From assembly GCA_034676385.1 (NCBI GenBank), contig JAUCCH010000055.1, forward strand, positions 1-40,298: 40,298 nucleotides of DNA, read 5' to 3'. Source of the stretch: Leucobacter sp. (GTDB lineage: Bacteria > Actinomycetota > Actinomycetes > Actinomycetales > Microbacteriaceae). Each line of letters starts with the position of its first letter. Position 1 is the first letter of the stretch. A program made the translations under genes and the position numbers. This document shows, piece after piece, positions 9,020 through 18,741 of the stretch. Below the pieces are notes generated by a model. That model had not been told where the DNA came from. It searched no databases and saw nothing but the letters and a program-made list of their open reading frames with translations.

Positions 9020-9211
9020 GTGCTCGGCGACTGGGAGGTCGCGCGGTGCAAGTACGTCCTAGCAGGTCCACGTACGGAACGTGTATTCGGTGAACTTTTG
9101 CACGGACAGCTCGGCATTCTTGCACTAGAGGTCGCTGGCTCGATGCGCCGCAAGGGCCTCGGGCGTGCATCAGTCCAGGTCATCGGAATCCGAATCCCCT
9201 TTCACGATTGA
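9020..9211 (+). pseudogene. GNAT acetyltransferase fragment (motif A region only)
   Basis: 'GQLGILALEVAGSMRRKGLGRASV' resembles GNAT motif A. It is only 63 aa and sits in a non-coding-looking stretch. Confidence 0.25.
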
Positions 9212-9655
9212 CCGCCCTAAATGATGGTGCCGAGCCGAGTCTGCCACTCTGTAAGTAGAATGAAAGATGCTGATCCCGAGAATCCGTTCTCAGAAGTTAT
9301 GAACGTCGGCGGCTATGGAGCTCCCAAGCGCCGCGAGAACGAGCAGTTTTAACATCGGGGCTTCAACAACTAGCGCCAAGCACCTCGGGTGAACTGTTGT
9401 AACGAGCATCCACACAAGGAAATACCAGATCAAGAACCACTAGCTGCGTGATAGTAGTGCAGCGAAGACAACCTGACCGGTGCCCCAATTACCAATGTCA
9501 CGGCAGAGCACGAGCCCCCGCCTGGTTACCAAGAGGGGTCAGATGGAGTCGAGCGTACGGACTAAGGGCGGGCGAAGGTTTACCCCGTGATTGCGGAGGC
9601 AGCAGCCAACTTTTCCCTGCGGGACACCGAGTTACTCACTCACTCGCGCGAGATT

Positions 9656-9848
9656 CTAACCAGACAGGTACATCACCTTTGCTCGGTCTGCCTGGTCGTC
9701 CGCAAAACCGGGCTTCCTCAGCTTGACCCCTGCCGATCTCAGGTGACGCGCCACCGTCTGCCGGTGCACGCTGAATGCCCTGGCTACCTCATTTTGCAGA
9801 CGCGCCTGACTCGTAGAGGGCAACCATGTCGGCGGTCATTTGTGGGGT
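9656..9848 (-). pseudogene. serine recombinase (resolvase/invertase-like) C-terminal HTH remnant with a frameshift
   Basis: 'TPQMTADMVALYESGAS' is followed after a 1-nt frame change by 'VARAFSVHRQTVARHLRSAG', which matches the resolvase C-terminal pattern (LTPEQ..L...G.S...IA..FGVSR.TVYRHL). No catalytic N-terminal domain is present. Confidence 0.35.
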
Positions 9849-10108
9849 GACCGAGTTTCGAACCTTCTCAATCAAAGCTACTACACGACCTCTTTGGTCA
9901 GTAATTTCAGTCGAAGAACCCGGATCACGGTCCAGCTTGATCCCGCTTCTCGCCCGTGAAACCAACGTTTTCAGGGCGCGGGACGAGATTCGAACGTCAT
10001 CCTGCCGGGGGCACTTAACTGAAACGTATCGCGAGACCTTACATCGTTGTGCCACAATAATTCGGAATCGACTGCTTGCCGCGACGGCGTGCCAGTAAGC
10101 TGCGATGC

Positions 10109-10321
10109 ATGACTGAAGTTGAGCCTGGAACCTACGAGCACTTCAAAGGCGCACGCTATGAGGTATTCGGCACGGGGCACCACTCCGAGACGGAAGAACC
10201 CCTCGTGTTTTATCGCAAGCTTTACGATGACTATAGTTTTTGGGCGCGCCCACTCGATATGTTTACGGAACGAGTTGAACGAGACGGTTACAGTGGTCCG
10301 CGGTTTCGCCGCATCTCGTAA
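10109..10321 (+). CDS. DUF1653 family protein
   Basis: 'PGTYEHFKGARYEVFGTGHHSETEEPLVFYRKLYDDYSFWARPLDMFTE' matches the DUF1653 signature (YRHYKGGxYxVLG.ARHSETEExLVVYxxLYGDxxLWVRPLxMF). Confidence 0.7.
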   Translation: MTEVEPGTYEHFKGARYEVFGTGHHSETEEPLVFYRKLYDDYSFWARPLDMFTERVERDGYSGPRFRRIS

Positions 10322-10418
10322 CGAGTGCAATTCAATGGCGCCCGTGTAGAAACTAGGGAGGTGAATATACCCGGCGAAATGCGCGCCGAAGTGCAGCGCG
10401 TTCTGTTTACACTGGAGC

Positions 10419-11522
10419 ATGCGTCAAGCCATCGGTCAGCGCCCCGAGCAGGGGAGTGACGGCGGGTCTGCCTTCAGTGGAGCGATTGCGCACCTCTCAC
10501 CCGGGTACTTTGCCCTCGTCATGGGGACCGGTATCGTGTCGATCGGGTTGCACCTGACCGGCTTTGTTTTATTGTCGATCATTTTGCTCTGGATCGCGGG
10601 AGTCTCGTACGCAGTGCTGTGGGTGCTGTACATCTGGAGAGCGATTACCCACCGTGCTGAGATGCTGCACGACTTGCGCAGCCCCGAGATGGCTTTCGCC
10701 TATTTCACTGTGGTAGCTGGTACTAATGTGCTCGCAGTACGACTGACGCAAGAGGGGCTGGTCAGCATCGCGCTGCCATTGTTTCTCTTCGCTGCGGTGC
10801 TCTGGTTTGTTTTTGGTTACGTGCTGCCCTGGCAGGTGTTCATGACGCGTGACGGCAAGCCGATCCTGGCCCGGACGAACGGCACTTGGTTTATCTGGGC
10901 TGTAGCGAGCCAATCTCTCGCAATCGGTATGGCACAAGTGCAGCCGTACTTCGAAGCGGCTGCGAAGTGGGTCGGTCTCCTCGCTGTTCTTTCCTGGTCG
11001 GTCGGAGTAGCTCTGTACGCGGGTGTCGCGATGCTGGTGTTGCTGCGTATCATCCACTACGGCATTACGCCCAAAGAGTTCGAGCCGCCCTACTGGGTTG
11101 CCATGGGGGCGATGGCGATTGCCGTCGTCGCGGGAACGAACATCATCGATATGCAGTCGACTCCTATGGTTGAGGCAACCCGCGAGCTCATAGCAGGAAC
11201 GGTAGTCGTGTTCTGGAGCTTCTGCGTCTGGCTTATTCCTATGCTCATCGGAGCAGGCGTCTGGCGTCACGTGATTCATAAGATCCCGCTCACTTACGTG
11301 CCGACAATGTGGTCGATAGTCTTCCCAGTCGGAATGTTCGCTGTAGCGTCAATCAACCTCGGCCGCGTGGATGCGCTCCCACTGGTTGAGGTGATCGGAG
11401 ACGGTGCTCTCGTCGTGGCAATTTTGGTGTGGGCGCTCGTGTTTCTTGCGATGATTCGGAGCATGCTTCGAGTGATCGTGAATACATTTCGGTTCATACC
11501 AAAGGTTATGCAACAACCTTAG
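10419..11522 (+). CDS. TDT-family (TehA / C4-dicarboxylate / SLAC1-like) membrane transporter
   Basis: A polytopic membrane protein with the N-terminal 'SPGYFALVMGTGIVSIG' motif typical of TehA/Mae1. Confidence 0.75.
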   Translation: MRQAIGQRPEQGSDGGSAFSGAIAHLSPGYFALVMGTGIVSIGLHLTGFVLLSIILLWIAGVSYAVLWVLYIWRAITHRAEMLHDLRSPEMAFAYFTVVAGTNVLAVRLTQEGLVSIALPLFLFAAVLWFVFGYVLPWQVFMTRDGKPILARTNGTWFIWAVASQSLAIGMAQVQPYFEAAAKWVGLLAVLSWSVGVALYAGVAMLVLLRIIHYGITPKEFEPPYWVAMGAMAIAVVAGTNIIDMQSTPMVEATRELIAGTVVVFWSFCVWLIPMLIGAGVWRHVIHKIPLTYVPTMWSIVFPVGMFAVASINLGRVDALPLVEVIGDGALVVAILVWALVFLAMIRSMLRVIVNTFRFIPKVMQQP

Positions 11523-11529
11523 GTATGGA

Positions 11530-12750
11530 TTACGGCTTGACGCTGATCACATCCCGGTAGAGCGGGCTCTTTTCCTTCATCGCAGCGCGAGCTGAATCAT
11601 CCACGCCACACGGGATCGAAGTCTCCATGCACTCCATGAGGGTGGGTTCGGCGACCGTACCCGCGAGCCTAAACGAATCAATCAAGAATGGAAGCCCGTT
11701 TGAGGCGAGCGGCAGTGGTGAGTCCATCACATGAAAATGCAGGTGCGGTATATCTGTGTTGCCCGAGTTGCCGAGCTGGCCGATCACATCGCCGCGCCTC
11801 AGGTCTTGCCCAACAGTAAGGTCGCGGGGGTTCTTGCCTTGCAGGTGCGCATAGAACGCATAGTGTCCGCCGCCAATATCTTGCACGATATGGTTGCCGC
11901 CATACTGCGAGAGTTCCAGGCCTACGGGGTGTGCGCCCGGTGTTTCTTCGGGCAGATCCCACTCCATCGACACGATTGGGCCATCTGCGACTGCAAGAAT
12001 ATCGGCACCATAGTAAGCGAAACTTGTGATGTCGTCGTTCGCACCGTCGAAGATCCGGCCACTGTCGTCAAGCTGTACGAAATCAATTGCGAAGCGTTCG
12101 GGAGCGTAAAGGGCGCCGTTGATGGGGTTGATCGCGCTCCGGTGCGGAGTCACCTCGCAGCAGCTATTTCCATCGAGCCAGTTGTCTCCGGCCACTGGTG
12201 AAGCGATCACAATTGGTGTATTGCTGTCGACACTAGTGCGAGCGATTGTTTGTGTCATTGATTTCTCGATGAGCGGTGGAATCGCAATCTCGGGTGAGAA
12301 CTCAATGGTGTGGGTCAGCTCTTTCGGGGTTTTTGTTTCCGCTGGCAACGTCACATCTAATGTGATGACCGCCTGCTGGCCGGGCGCCATCATCCGGCCA
12401 GGGGTTGGTCCGCCGGATGGACGCATCCATGGAGTGAGATCATCGTCGCCGAGTTGTAGCAGTTCGATGCCATCAGCTTCTACTGCGACGGACTCCATAG
12501 TGACGGGCACGCCGATCACGTTGGTGAGCACGAGTTCATAAGCGAGGTGGGTCAGCCCATCTGTCGCGGGGACTGCAACAGGTGTTGCGAGCACCGATCC
12601 CACGATTGGCGTAAAGATTTCTTCGGTAGCTACGGGGGAATCACTGGGCGACGCAGAGGCGGATTCCGTTGGCGAAATACTCGATGCCGAACACCCGCAC
12701 AGTACGGCTGCAGTAACGATTCCTATGATGACACTCGCTCGTGTGCGCAT
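11530..12750 (-). CDS. M23 (LytM-type) peptidase lipoprotein
   Basis: Signal peptide with lipobox 'AAVLCGC'. HxxxD 'GNHIVQD' and HxH 'PHLHFHV' zinc-site motifs are present. Confidence 0.8.
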   Translation of the reverse strand: MRTRASVIIGIVTAAVLCGCSASSISPTESASASPSDSPVATEEIFTPIVGSVLATPVAVPATDGLTHLAYELVLTNVIGVPVTMESVAVEADGIELLQLGDDDLTPWMRPSGGPTPGRMMAPGQQAVITLDVTLPAETKTPKELTHTIEFSPEIAIPPLIEKSMTQTIARTSVDSNTPIVIASPVAGDNWLDGNSCCEVTPHRSAINPINGALYAPERFAIDFVQLDDSGRIFDGANDDITSFAYYGADILAVADGPIVSMEWDLPEETPGAHPVGLELSQYGGNHIVQDIGGGHYAFYAHLQGKNPRDLTVGQDLRRGDVIGQLGNSGNTDIPHLHFHVMDSPLPLASNGLPFLIDSFRLAGTVAEPTLMECMETSIPCGVDDSARAAMKEKSPLYRDVISVKP

Positions 12751-12822
12751 GTGCTCAGTATGTCATTTTGAAGTCGTGCAGTCGATCAAAAAGAGTCGAT
12801 TTCAAAGAGGGTAACCGGAATG

Positions 12823-13269
12823 TTACGCCTCGGCGATCTCCGTCAGAACATCGAGAAAGGTCTGCCAGCCAGCGATGGTGGCGTTTTGCTGCTCTAAGGT
12901 GAACCCTGGAGTCTGTTGGGTCATTTGCAGCCTGGTTCCGTTACCATTCGGCAGGAGTTCGAAGTTCAACACAGCTTGCTCCGCGTCTCCCGGCTGATCA
13001 GTAATCGTCATCACCAATTTGGACGGTGGCGACACCTCCAAGAACTCTCCGGTCCATTCGATTGTGTTCTGATCAGGAAGCACCATCTTTGCTGACCAGG
13101 CACGCCCTGCCACTGCGTGGTAGTCAAGTGTGTTTAGAGGAACCTGAACCGCTGCTCCTCCAAACCACCGCGCGAATGACTCTGGCGTGGTCAACGCAGC
13201 AAACACTGAGGCAGGCTCCGCAGCAACTATACGTTCGACCTCAATGCTGTCGTTGGTTGGGCCAGTCAT
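12823..13269 (-). CDS. SRPBCC / AHSA1-like small-molecule-binding domain protein
   Basis: 148 aa with the 'AEPASVFAALTTPESFARWFG' pattern typical of the Bet v1-like SRPBCC fold. Confidence 0.65.
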   Translation of the reverse strand: MTGPTNDSIEVERIVAAEPASVFAALTTPESFARWFGGAAVQVPLNTLDYHAVAGRAWSAKMVLPDQNTIEWTGEFLEVSPPSKLVMTITDQPGDAEQAVLNFELLPNGNGTRLQMTQQTPGFTLEQQNATIAGWQTFLDVLTEIAEA

Positions 13270-13349
13270 TTTGCGTCCTCGTTTCTTGAGTCGGTGTGTA
13301 GGGCTTTGCGTCCTCGTATTTCAGATCCTAATCTCATAGTGTTGAAAAT

Positions 13350-13910
13350 ATGAGCGATCTTGAACTGCGTTTGCGTAAGCTTCCAGCCTTCCCCGAGCCG
13401 CTACCGATTTTGCGCGAAGAGGATCTGCCCACCTCACCCGACCAGCTCTTTCTGGCATGGCTCACCGAGGCGATTGAGTCGGGTTCGAGACAACCTCACG
13501 CCATGACGACGATTACTGTCCGTGCTGATGGCGCTCCAGTCGGGCGTACCTTGATTCTCAAAGATATTGACGAGGAGGGCTACCATTTCTCAACGCACCG
13601 GAGCTCACGAAAGGGACTCGAGATTGAGGCAGACCCGCACGTTTCCATGGTCTTCTTTTGGCGTGAATCAGGTCGTCAGGTCCGGATCACGGGCGAAGTA
13701 GTTGCGCTCAGTGAAGAAGCCTCCCAGTTGGACTGGAGTACTCGACCAAGCTACCGGGGCGTACCGAACCCTGACTGGCAGCGATACGCGCTCAAGCCTT
13801 CCGAGTTCGAGTTTATGCAAGCGCGGCTCGATCGAAACCACACGAGGATCGAGTACCTACGCGGCGGTCAAGGGTGGACGCACGCTCCGGTACTCACTCC
13901 AGCTGGGTAA
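13350..13910 (+). CDS. pdxH: pyridoxamine 5'-phosphate oxidase family protein (PdxH-like, FMN-binding split barrel)
   Basis: 'PHAMTTITVRADGAPVGRTLILKDIDEEGYHFSTHRSSRKGLEIEADPHVSMVFFW...RQVRITGEV' and the C-terminal 'EFMQARLDRNHTRIEYLR' match the PNPOx family. Confidence 0.7.
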   Translation: MSDLELRLRKLPAFPEPLPILREEDLPTSPDQLFLAWLTEAIESGSRQPHAMTTITVRADGAPVGRTLILKDIDEEGYHFSTHRSSRKGLEIEADPHVSMVFFWRESGRQVRITGEVVALSEEASQLDWSTRPSYRGVPNPDWQRYALKPSEFEFMQARLDRNHTRIEYLRGGQGWTHAPVLTPAG

Positions 13911-14024
13911 TCTCAGTTTTCTAGGCCAAATCGCTACACCGCCTTACTGCCTACTGGTAGTAAGTATCACTGAGTAGTTGTCACATCTCAACGGTGCAGC
14001 AACTGCACGGCGCGGAGGCAGGAC

Positions 14025-14309
14025 ATGCTGAAGCAGAGTAAGCAGAGTAAGCAGATGACTGAGATGCTCAACGGTACTCTCGAGGGCATCGTGCTTGCGA
14101 TCCTCGAAAAAGAACCGTGTATGGCTACGAAATCATGGCGAGACTTCGCTGAGTATCAACCGGTGACTTCGATCGTGAATACTGTTCGGGCGCTTTTTGA
14201 AGGCCAGCCGGTCGCCACAGGGATCTGGATTGCCCTGGTGTGGTGCGTCGGAATACCACTAGCCGCCTATTTCGGTTCAGCCGCCGTGTATCGTCGCAAA
14301 ATGAAATGA
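14025..14309 (+). pseudogene. chimeric remnant: the PadR-family regulator 5' end (frameshifted) joined to the last ~50 codons of an ABC-2 type permease
   Basis: 'MTEMLNGTLEGIVLAILEKEP' is a PadR N-terminus. The expected 'YGYEIMARLR' is present only in the +1 frame and then hits a stop. The rest of the ORF, 'NTVRALFEGQPVATGIWIALVWCVGIPLAAYFGSAAVYRRK', is a typical ABC-2 permease C-terminus. Confidence 0.5.
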
Positions 14310-14472
14310 TCTGAGCAATACGAGGACTCAGAGAGAAAGCGATCTGCGGAGCGTTCGCCATTGAACGAACCTCAGATCACTTTCGACGTTACCCCGTTCA
14401 GGTGGGGGAGCCAACCCTTGTGACAGCTTTGTTATCTCTTTGGCTGCCGCGCGTTCGGGTGCAGGTGGAAGT

Positions 14473-14955
14473 TTAGCCGTGGTTACTCTCGTCGAAACTG
14501 TTCACGAGCGATAGCGCCGCGCGCTCGATGTATTCCCTGAATGCTGCATCGTGCATGGGAGGCAGTTCGGCTTTGTCGAGTGCTGCGTGCATGTGCATGA
14601 GCCAGTGCTCCTTGGCCTTTGGCGTGACAGCGTAGGGTACGTGTCGCATGCGCAGGCGTGGGTGGCCTCGCTGCTCTGAGTACGTGGTCGGCCCGCCCCA
14701 GTACTGCTCGAGAAAGGTGCGGAGGCGCCATTCTGAGCCCTCCCAGTCGTCCTGCGGGTACATCGGCGAGAGCAATGGATCGTTCCGCACTCCCGCGTAG
14801 AAGTGGCCTACGATCAGTTCGAAAGTGGGTGTCCCGCCGACCTGCTGCCAGAGGGTGTCACTCATGGCAGCGCCATTCTCCTTGCTTCTGAGCGTGAGGT
14901 TTGGCGTGGGCGTGGTGGTAGGAGTGGGGTTGGCGGGCTGTTGTTCGTTCGTCAT
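14473..14955 (-). CDS. glbO: group II truncated hemoglobin
   Basis: 'FYAGVRNDPLLSPMYP...LRTFLEQYWGGPTTYSEQRGHPRLRMRHVPYAV...HWLMHMHAALD' matches the trHbO consensus. Confidence 0.8.
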   Translation of the reverse strand: MTNEQQPANPTPTTTPTPNLTLRSKENGAAMSDTLWQQVGGTPTFELIVGHFYAGVRNDPLLSPMYPQDDWEGSEWRLRTFLEQYWGGPTTYSEQRGHPRLRMRHVPYAVTPKAKEHWLMHMHAALDKAELPPMHDAAFREYIERAALSLVNSFDESNHG

Positions 14956-15846
14956 AGCGACCCTCCTTGGGGGCGTGGCAGTTCGTTTGCGAGTTTGATG
15001 CCCTGATCCTCGAAGCTTTTCTTGATCAGTGCCCGCAGTTCTCGTTGCACGGAGTACTGTGCCTCGGGGCGGGTGCGCACGGTGAGGCGCAGGGTTGCGC
15101 GATCGCCGAAGACGCTTTCCAGGCCGAGGATCTCGGGCTCGCCGGTGACTCGTCGAGCAAACTGCGCCGACCGCAAGAGCTCTCGTGCGCTCTCAAGAGC
15201 GACGCGCTCGACGAGCTCTAGATCTTCGCTCGCCGACACGGTGATGTCGATGATGGCCCTGCCCCATCCTTGGGAAGCATTGCCAAGCGTCAGCACCTCT
15301 CCATTTCGAATGAACCAAAGTGTGCCGTCGCTTGCGCGAACGCTGGTGATGCGGATTCCGACGTTCTCGACCGTACCGGTGATCGTGCCGACGGTGACCA
15401 GGTCGCCGACACCCATCTGATCCTCGAACACCATGAAGAGGCCGTTCAGAATAATCTTTGACAACATTCTGGGCGCCGAACGCGAGCCCGGCCGCAATGA
15501 AACCTGCAGAGGTGATCACTGCGGCAATGTTCACCTGAAACTGCACCAGAATGAGGAAGAACGCGACGACGACGGTAGCCCAGTTGATGATATTTCGGCC
15601 GAAAGTGCCAAGTGTGCGAGTGCGTTGCACCGCACGTGCATTGAGATACGGGCCCGCGGCGAGTTCCTGGGTCGAATCGACATCTTGCGCTCGCTTGACG
15701 CCACTCACCAGACTGCGCACCGTGCGAGCCAGCATCAGGCGAAGTAGCCAGTTGGCTAGCAGGCAGGCAACAATGACGATTAAGACCCGCCAGAGCACTT
15801 CATACTGGACAAAGAACGCAGTAATGGCACCCCAAATCTCTGCCAT
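14952..15846 (-). pseudogene. mscS: MscS-family mechanosensitive channel, split by a 1-nt deletion near 15465-15475
   Basis: ORF 15193..15846 gives the TM region to 'GLAFGAQNVVKDY'. ORF 14952..15497 resumes with 'SKIILNGLFMVFEDQMGVGDLVTVGTITGTVENVGIRITSVRASDGTLWFIRNGEV'. Together they form the MscS signature once a 1-nt frame change is allowed. Confidence 0.75.
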
Positions 15847-15851
15847 CGTCG

Positions 15852-18434
15852 TTATTCCTTGGCGTCAGCGGCTTGTGCCGCGAGCGCGCGCTCAACACCG
15901 GCAAGGTGCTCAACGATCATGCGGCGAAGTGCCGGGGCTGCCTGTGGATTTGCATCGAGCCAGCCCGCCGTTGCGGCGCGCAGTGCCTCATTTGCGAGGG
16001 GCGATGGGTAGAAACCGTCGACGATCTCTTCGACAATTGCGTGGCTGCGGGTAGTCCACACGTCGGTCAGTGCGTTGAAGAAAGGTTCGACGAAGGGCTC
16101 AAGGAGCGCATTGTCGCGGGTTCGGAGGAAGCCAAGACCGCTCGCTCGGACGATGGCGTTGGGTAGCCCGGCTTCGGTGAATACCGATGCCCATGCTCGT
16201 TCCTTATCAGCCAAGGTTGGTAATGCCGCACGCGCGTGCGCTGCGGATTGCTGCCCGCTTGCGGTGAGGTCACTCTCGAGGGCTGCTTCGATCTCCTCCA
16301 CGCTTGAACGGCCACCGGCAGCGAGCGAGATGAGTAGCTCCCAACCAAGGTCGGTATCAATGTCGAGGCCGGAAAGCACGGAACGTTCCTCAAGGATCTC
16401 CAGTACAGTGTCAAGCTGCGCATCGGTTGCGGCCAGCAGCGCAAAAGCCTTAACAAACTGGAACTGTAGGTCACTGCCGGGAGCAGCATCAACCGCAAGC
16501 TGCCAGAACCCGTCTGCGACCCGTTCAAGGGTGCGTGCCCGACGTTCTGGTGAGACGTAGCTCGATGCCGAAAGAATGAGCTGCTGAATAAGCGTGCGGA
16601 GTACGGTCGAATTTGTTTCCGTAGAGATGTGCTTGAGCACAATATCGACGAACTTGGATGCGGGTAGTTCCGCATCACGAGTCTGATCCCAGAGTGTGCC
16701 CCACACGAGTGAACGAGCGAGTGAGCTCTCAAAGCCGCTGAGGTGGGTTGCAGCAGTCTCAAGCGAACGCGCGTCGAGCCTGATCTTTGCGTAGCTGAGA
16801 TCGTCGTCGTTAAGGAGAAGCAACGCAGGCTGCTTCATGCCGACCAGTTCAGGAACTTCTGTGTGTGCGCCATCGACATCGAGTTCGATGCGGTGAGTGC
16901 GAACTAGGGATTCATTCTGCACCTCATAAAGCCCGACTGCGATGCGGTGTGGGCGCAGCGTGGGGTAGTCGGCGATTGCCGTCTGCCCGATTGAGAAACT
17001 GGAGTAGCTGCCAGAGGCATCGACGTCGAATACGGGACGAAGCGTGTTGACACCAGCAGTTTCAAGCCACTTCTGCGACCAATCGCTTAGGTCGCGCCCA
17101 CTCTGTGCCTCGAGCTCGGTGAGCAGGTCGGTGAGCTCGGTGTTGCCGTACTCATGCTTCACGAAGTAGTCGTGCACACCCTTCATGAAGGGTTCACGGC
17201 CAACCCAAGCTACGAGCTGCTTCAGTACAGATGCGCCCTTTGCATACGTAATTCCATCAAAGTTGACCATCACATCTTCGAGATCGCGGATCTCTGCGAC
17301 GATTGGGTGCGTCGACGGGAGCTGGTCCTGGCGATATGCCCAGGACTTTTCGCTTGCGACGAAGGTGGTCCAGCAATCGGTCCACTCTGTCGCTTCGGCC
17401 ACACCCAGTGTCGACATGTATTCGGCGAACGATTCGTTCAGCCAGAGGTCATTCCACCACCGCATGGTGACGAGGTCACCGAACCACATGTGTGCCAGTT
17501 CGTGCAAGATCGTGATCACGCGGCGCTCGCGCATTGCATCCGTGACCTGGCTGCGGAACACATACGCTTCGGTAAATGTCACCGCGCCGATATTCTCCAT
17601 TGCGCCCATGTTGTACTCGGGTACGAACAGCTGGTCGTACTTTTCGAACGGGTAGGGGTACCCAAACTCACGTTCGAAGAACTCAAAACCCTGCCGAGTC
17701 TTTTCGAAAATGTAGTCGGCATCGAGAAACTCGCCGAGTGATTCGCGGCAGAATACACCGAGCGGGATTGTGCGGCCGGCCGCATTGGTCAATTCGCTGC
17801 GCACGACACGATAGGGGCCTGTGATGAGGGCCGTGATGTAGCTCGACATGACGGGGGTTGGCTCGAACGTCCAGGTGGCAACGGCCTCGGTCACTCCGGT
17901 CCCAAGCGCGTTCTCTACGTTTCCGCTAGATACCGGCTCTGGGGTGGGCTGGTTGCTCACAACATGCCAGCGTGCGGGTGCAGTAACAACGAACTGAAAT
18001 GTTGCCTTGAGATCTGGCTGTTCGAAGACGGGGAACATGCGTCGTGAGTCGGGCACCTCGAACTGAGAGTACAGGTAGACCTCGCCGTCTGCCGGGTCGA
18101 CAAACCGGTGCAGCCCTTCACCAGTATTCATGTAGATCTGATCGCTCACAATGGTGAGTACGTTCTCTGCTTCGAGCCCAGGAAGCGCAATTCGCGAGTC
18201 AGCAAATACTACGGCTGGGTCGAGTTCACGGCCATTGAGAGTCACGCTGTGGACGGTCGCCGCGATGAGGTCGATGAATGTTTCGGAGCTCGGCTTGGCT
18301 GAAAAGCGAACAGTCGTTGTCGACCCGAAGTGTTCGGCGCCTCGCGTGAGATCGAGCGCGATCTCGTAGCTGTGTGTAGTGACGGTGGCCGCACGCTGCT
18401 GTGCTTCGACGCGGGTGAGATTGGTTCCTGGCAC
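15852..18434 (-). CDS. pepN: aminopeptidase N (M1 family)
   Basis: GAMEN exopeptidase motif and 'HELAHMWFGDLVTMRWWNDLWLNESFA' (HEXXH...E zinc site). The start is taken at GTG (VPGTNLTR...), which is typical of actinobacterial PepN. The ORF-track start at 18503 is probably an N-terminal over-extension. Confidence 0.9.
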   Translation of the reverse strand: MPGTNLTRVEAQQRAATVTTHSYEIALDLTRGAEHFGSTTTVRFSAKPSSETFIDLIAATVHSVTLNGRELDPAVVFADSRIALPGLEAENVLTIVSDQIYMNTGEGLHRFVDPADGEVYLYSQFEVPDSRRMFPVFEQPDLKATFQFVVTAPARWHVVSNQPTPEPVSSGNVENALGTGVTEAVATWTFEPTPVMSSYITALITGPYRVVRSELTNAAGRTIPLGVFCRESLGEFLDADYIFEKTRQGFEFFEREFGYPYPFEKYDQLFVPEYNMGAMENIGAVTFTEAYVFRSQVTDAMRERRVITILHELAHMWFGDLVTMRWWNDLWLNESFAEYMSTLGVAEATEWTDCWTTFVASEKSWAYRQDQLPSTHPIVAEIRDLEDVMVNFDGITYAKGASVLKQLVAWVGREPFMKGVHDYFVKHEYGNTELTDLLTELEAQSGRDLSDWSQKWLETAGVNTLRPVFDVDASGSYSSFSIGQTAIADYPTLRPHRIAVGLYEVQNESLVRTHRIELDVDGAHTEVPELVGMKQPALLLLNDDDLSYAKIRLDARSLETAATHLSGFESSLARSLVWGTLWDQTRDAELPASKFVDIVLKHISTETNSTVLRTLIQQLILSASSYVSPERRARTLERVADGFWQLAVDAAPGSDLQFQFVKAFALLAATDAQLDTVLEILEERSVLSGLDIDTDLGWELLISLAAGGRSSVEEIEAALESDLTASGQQSAAHARAALPTLADKERAWASVFTEAGLPNAIVRASGLGFLRTRDNALLEPFVEPFFNALTDVWTTRSHAIVEEIVDGFYPSPLANEALRAATAGWLDANPQAAPALRRMIVEHLAGVERALAAQAADAKE

Positions 18435-18741
18435 TGTTGCTCCATGATCAAGAGTGAGGCGCAATCGACAGCTTCGATGGCGCGAAGAAAACTGATGCTT
18501 CAACCTTATGCCCGACGGCTGACATCAAACAGTACAGGGGTGTTGAAGGGCGAGATTTGTCACGGCTTTAGATTGATCGAGCTACATCGTTTCGAGGATC
18601 TCCCAGTCTTCGAGCAGGATCGCTCCCGCTTTCGAAATAGGATTGATCTCACGGTGAACTTCATGAGTGGTGAAGCAACTTCAATGCGCATGAGATCCAA
18701 CGCACATGAGATCCGCTCACAAAAACTGAGGAAGAGGAAGG

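Noticed and set aside
9841-10060. tRNA-like sequence on the minus strand (GACGTTCGAATCTCGTC and GGTTCGAAACTC T-loop-like motifs)
   Set aside because: The 5-bp T-stems do not pair around a 7-nt loop and no acceptor-stem partner or anticodon arm can be formed. At most it is a degenerate tRNA or att remnant, not a tRNA gene.
9971-10420. 149-aa minus-strand ORF overlapping DUF1653
   Set aside because: It is antisense to the well-conserved DUF1653 gene and to the recombinase remnant, and its sequence has no protein-like features.
16067-17741. Long ORFs (16067..16762 minus, 16075..16560 plus, 17154..17741 plus) inside the pepN region
   Set aside because: They are alternative-frame or antisense ORFs typical of high-GC DNA and overlap a well-supported pepN reading frame. 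No domain signatures were found.
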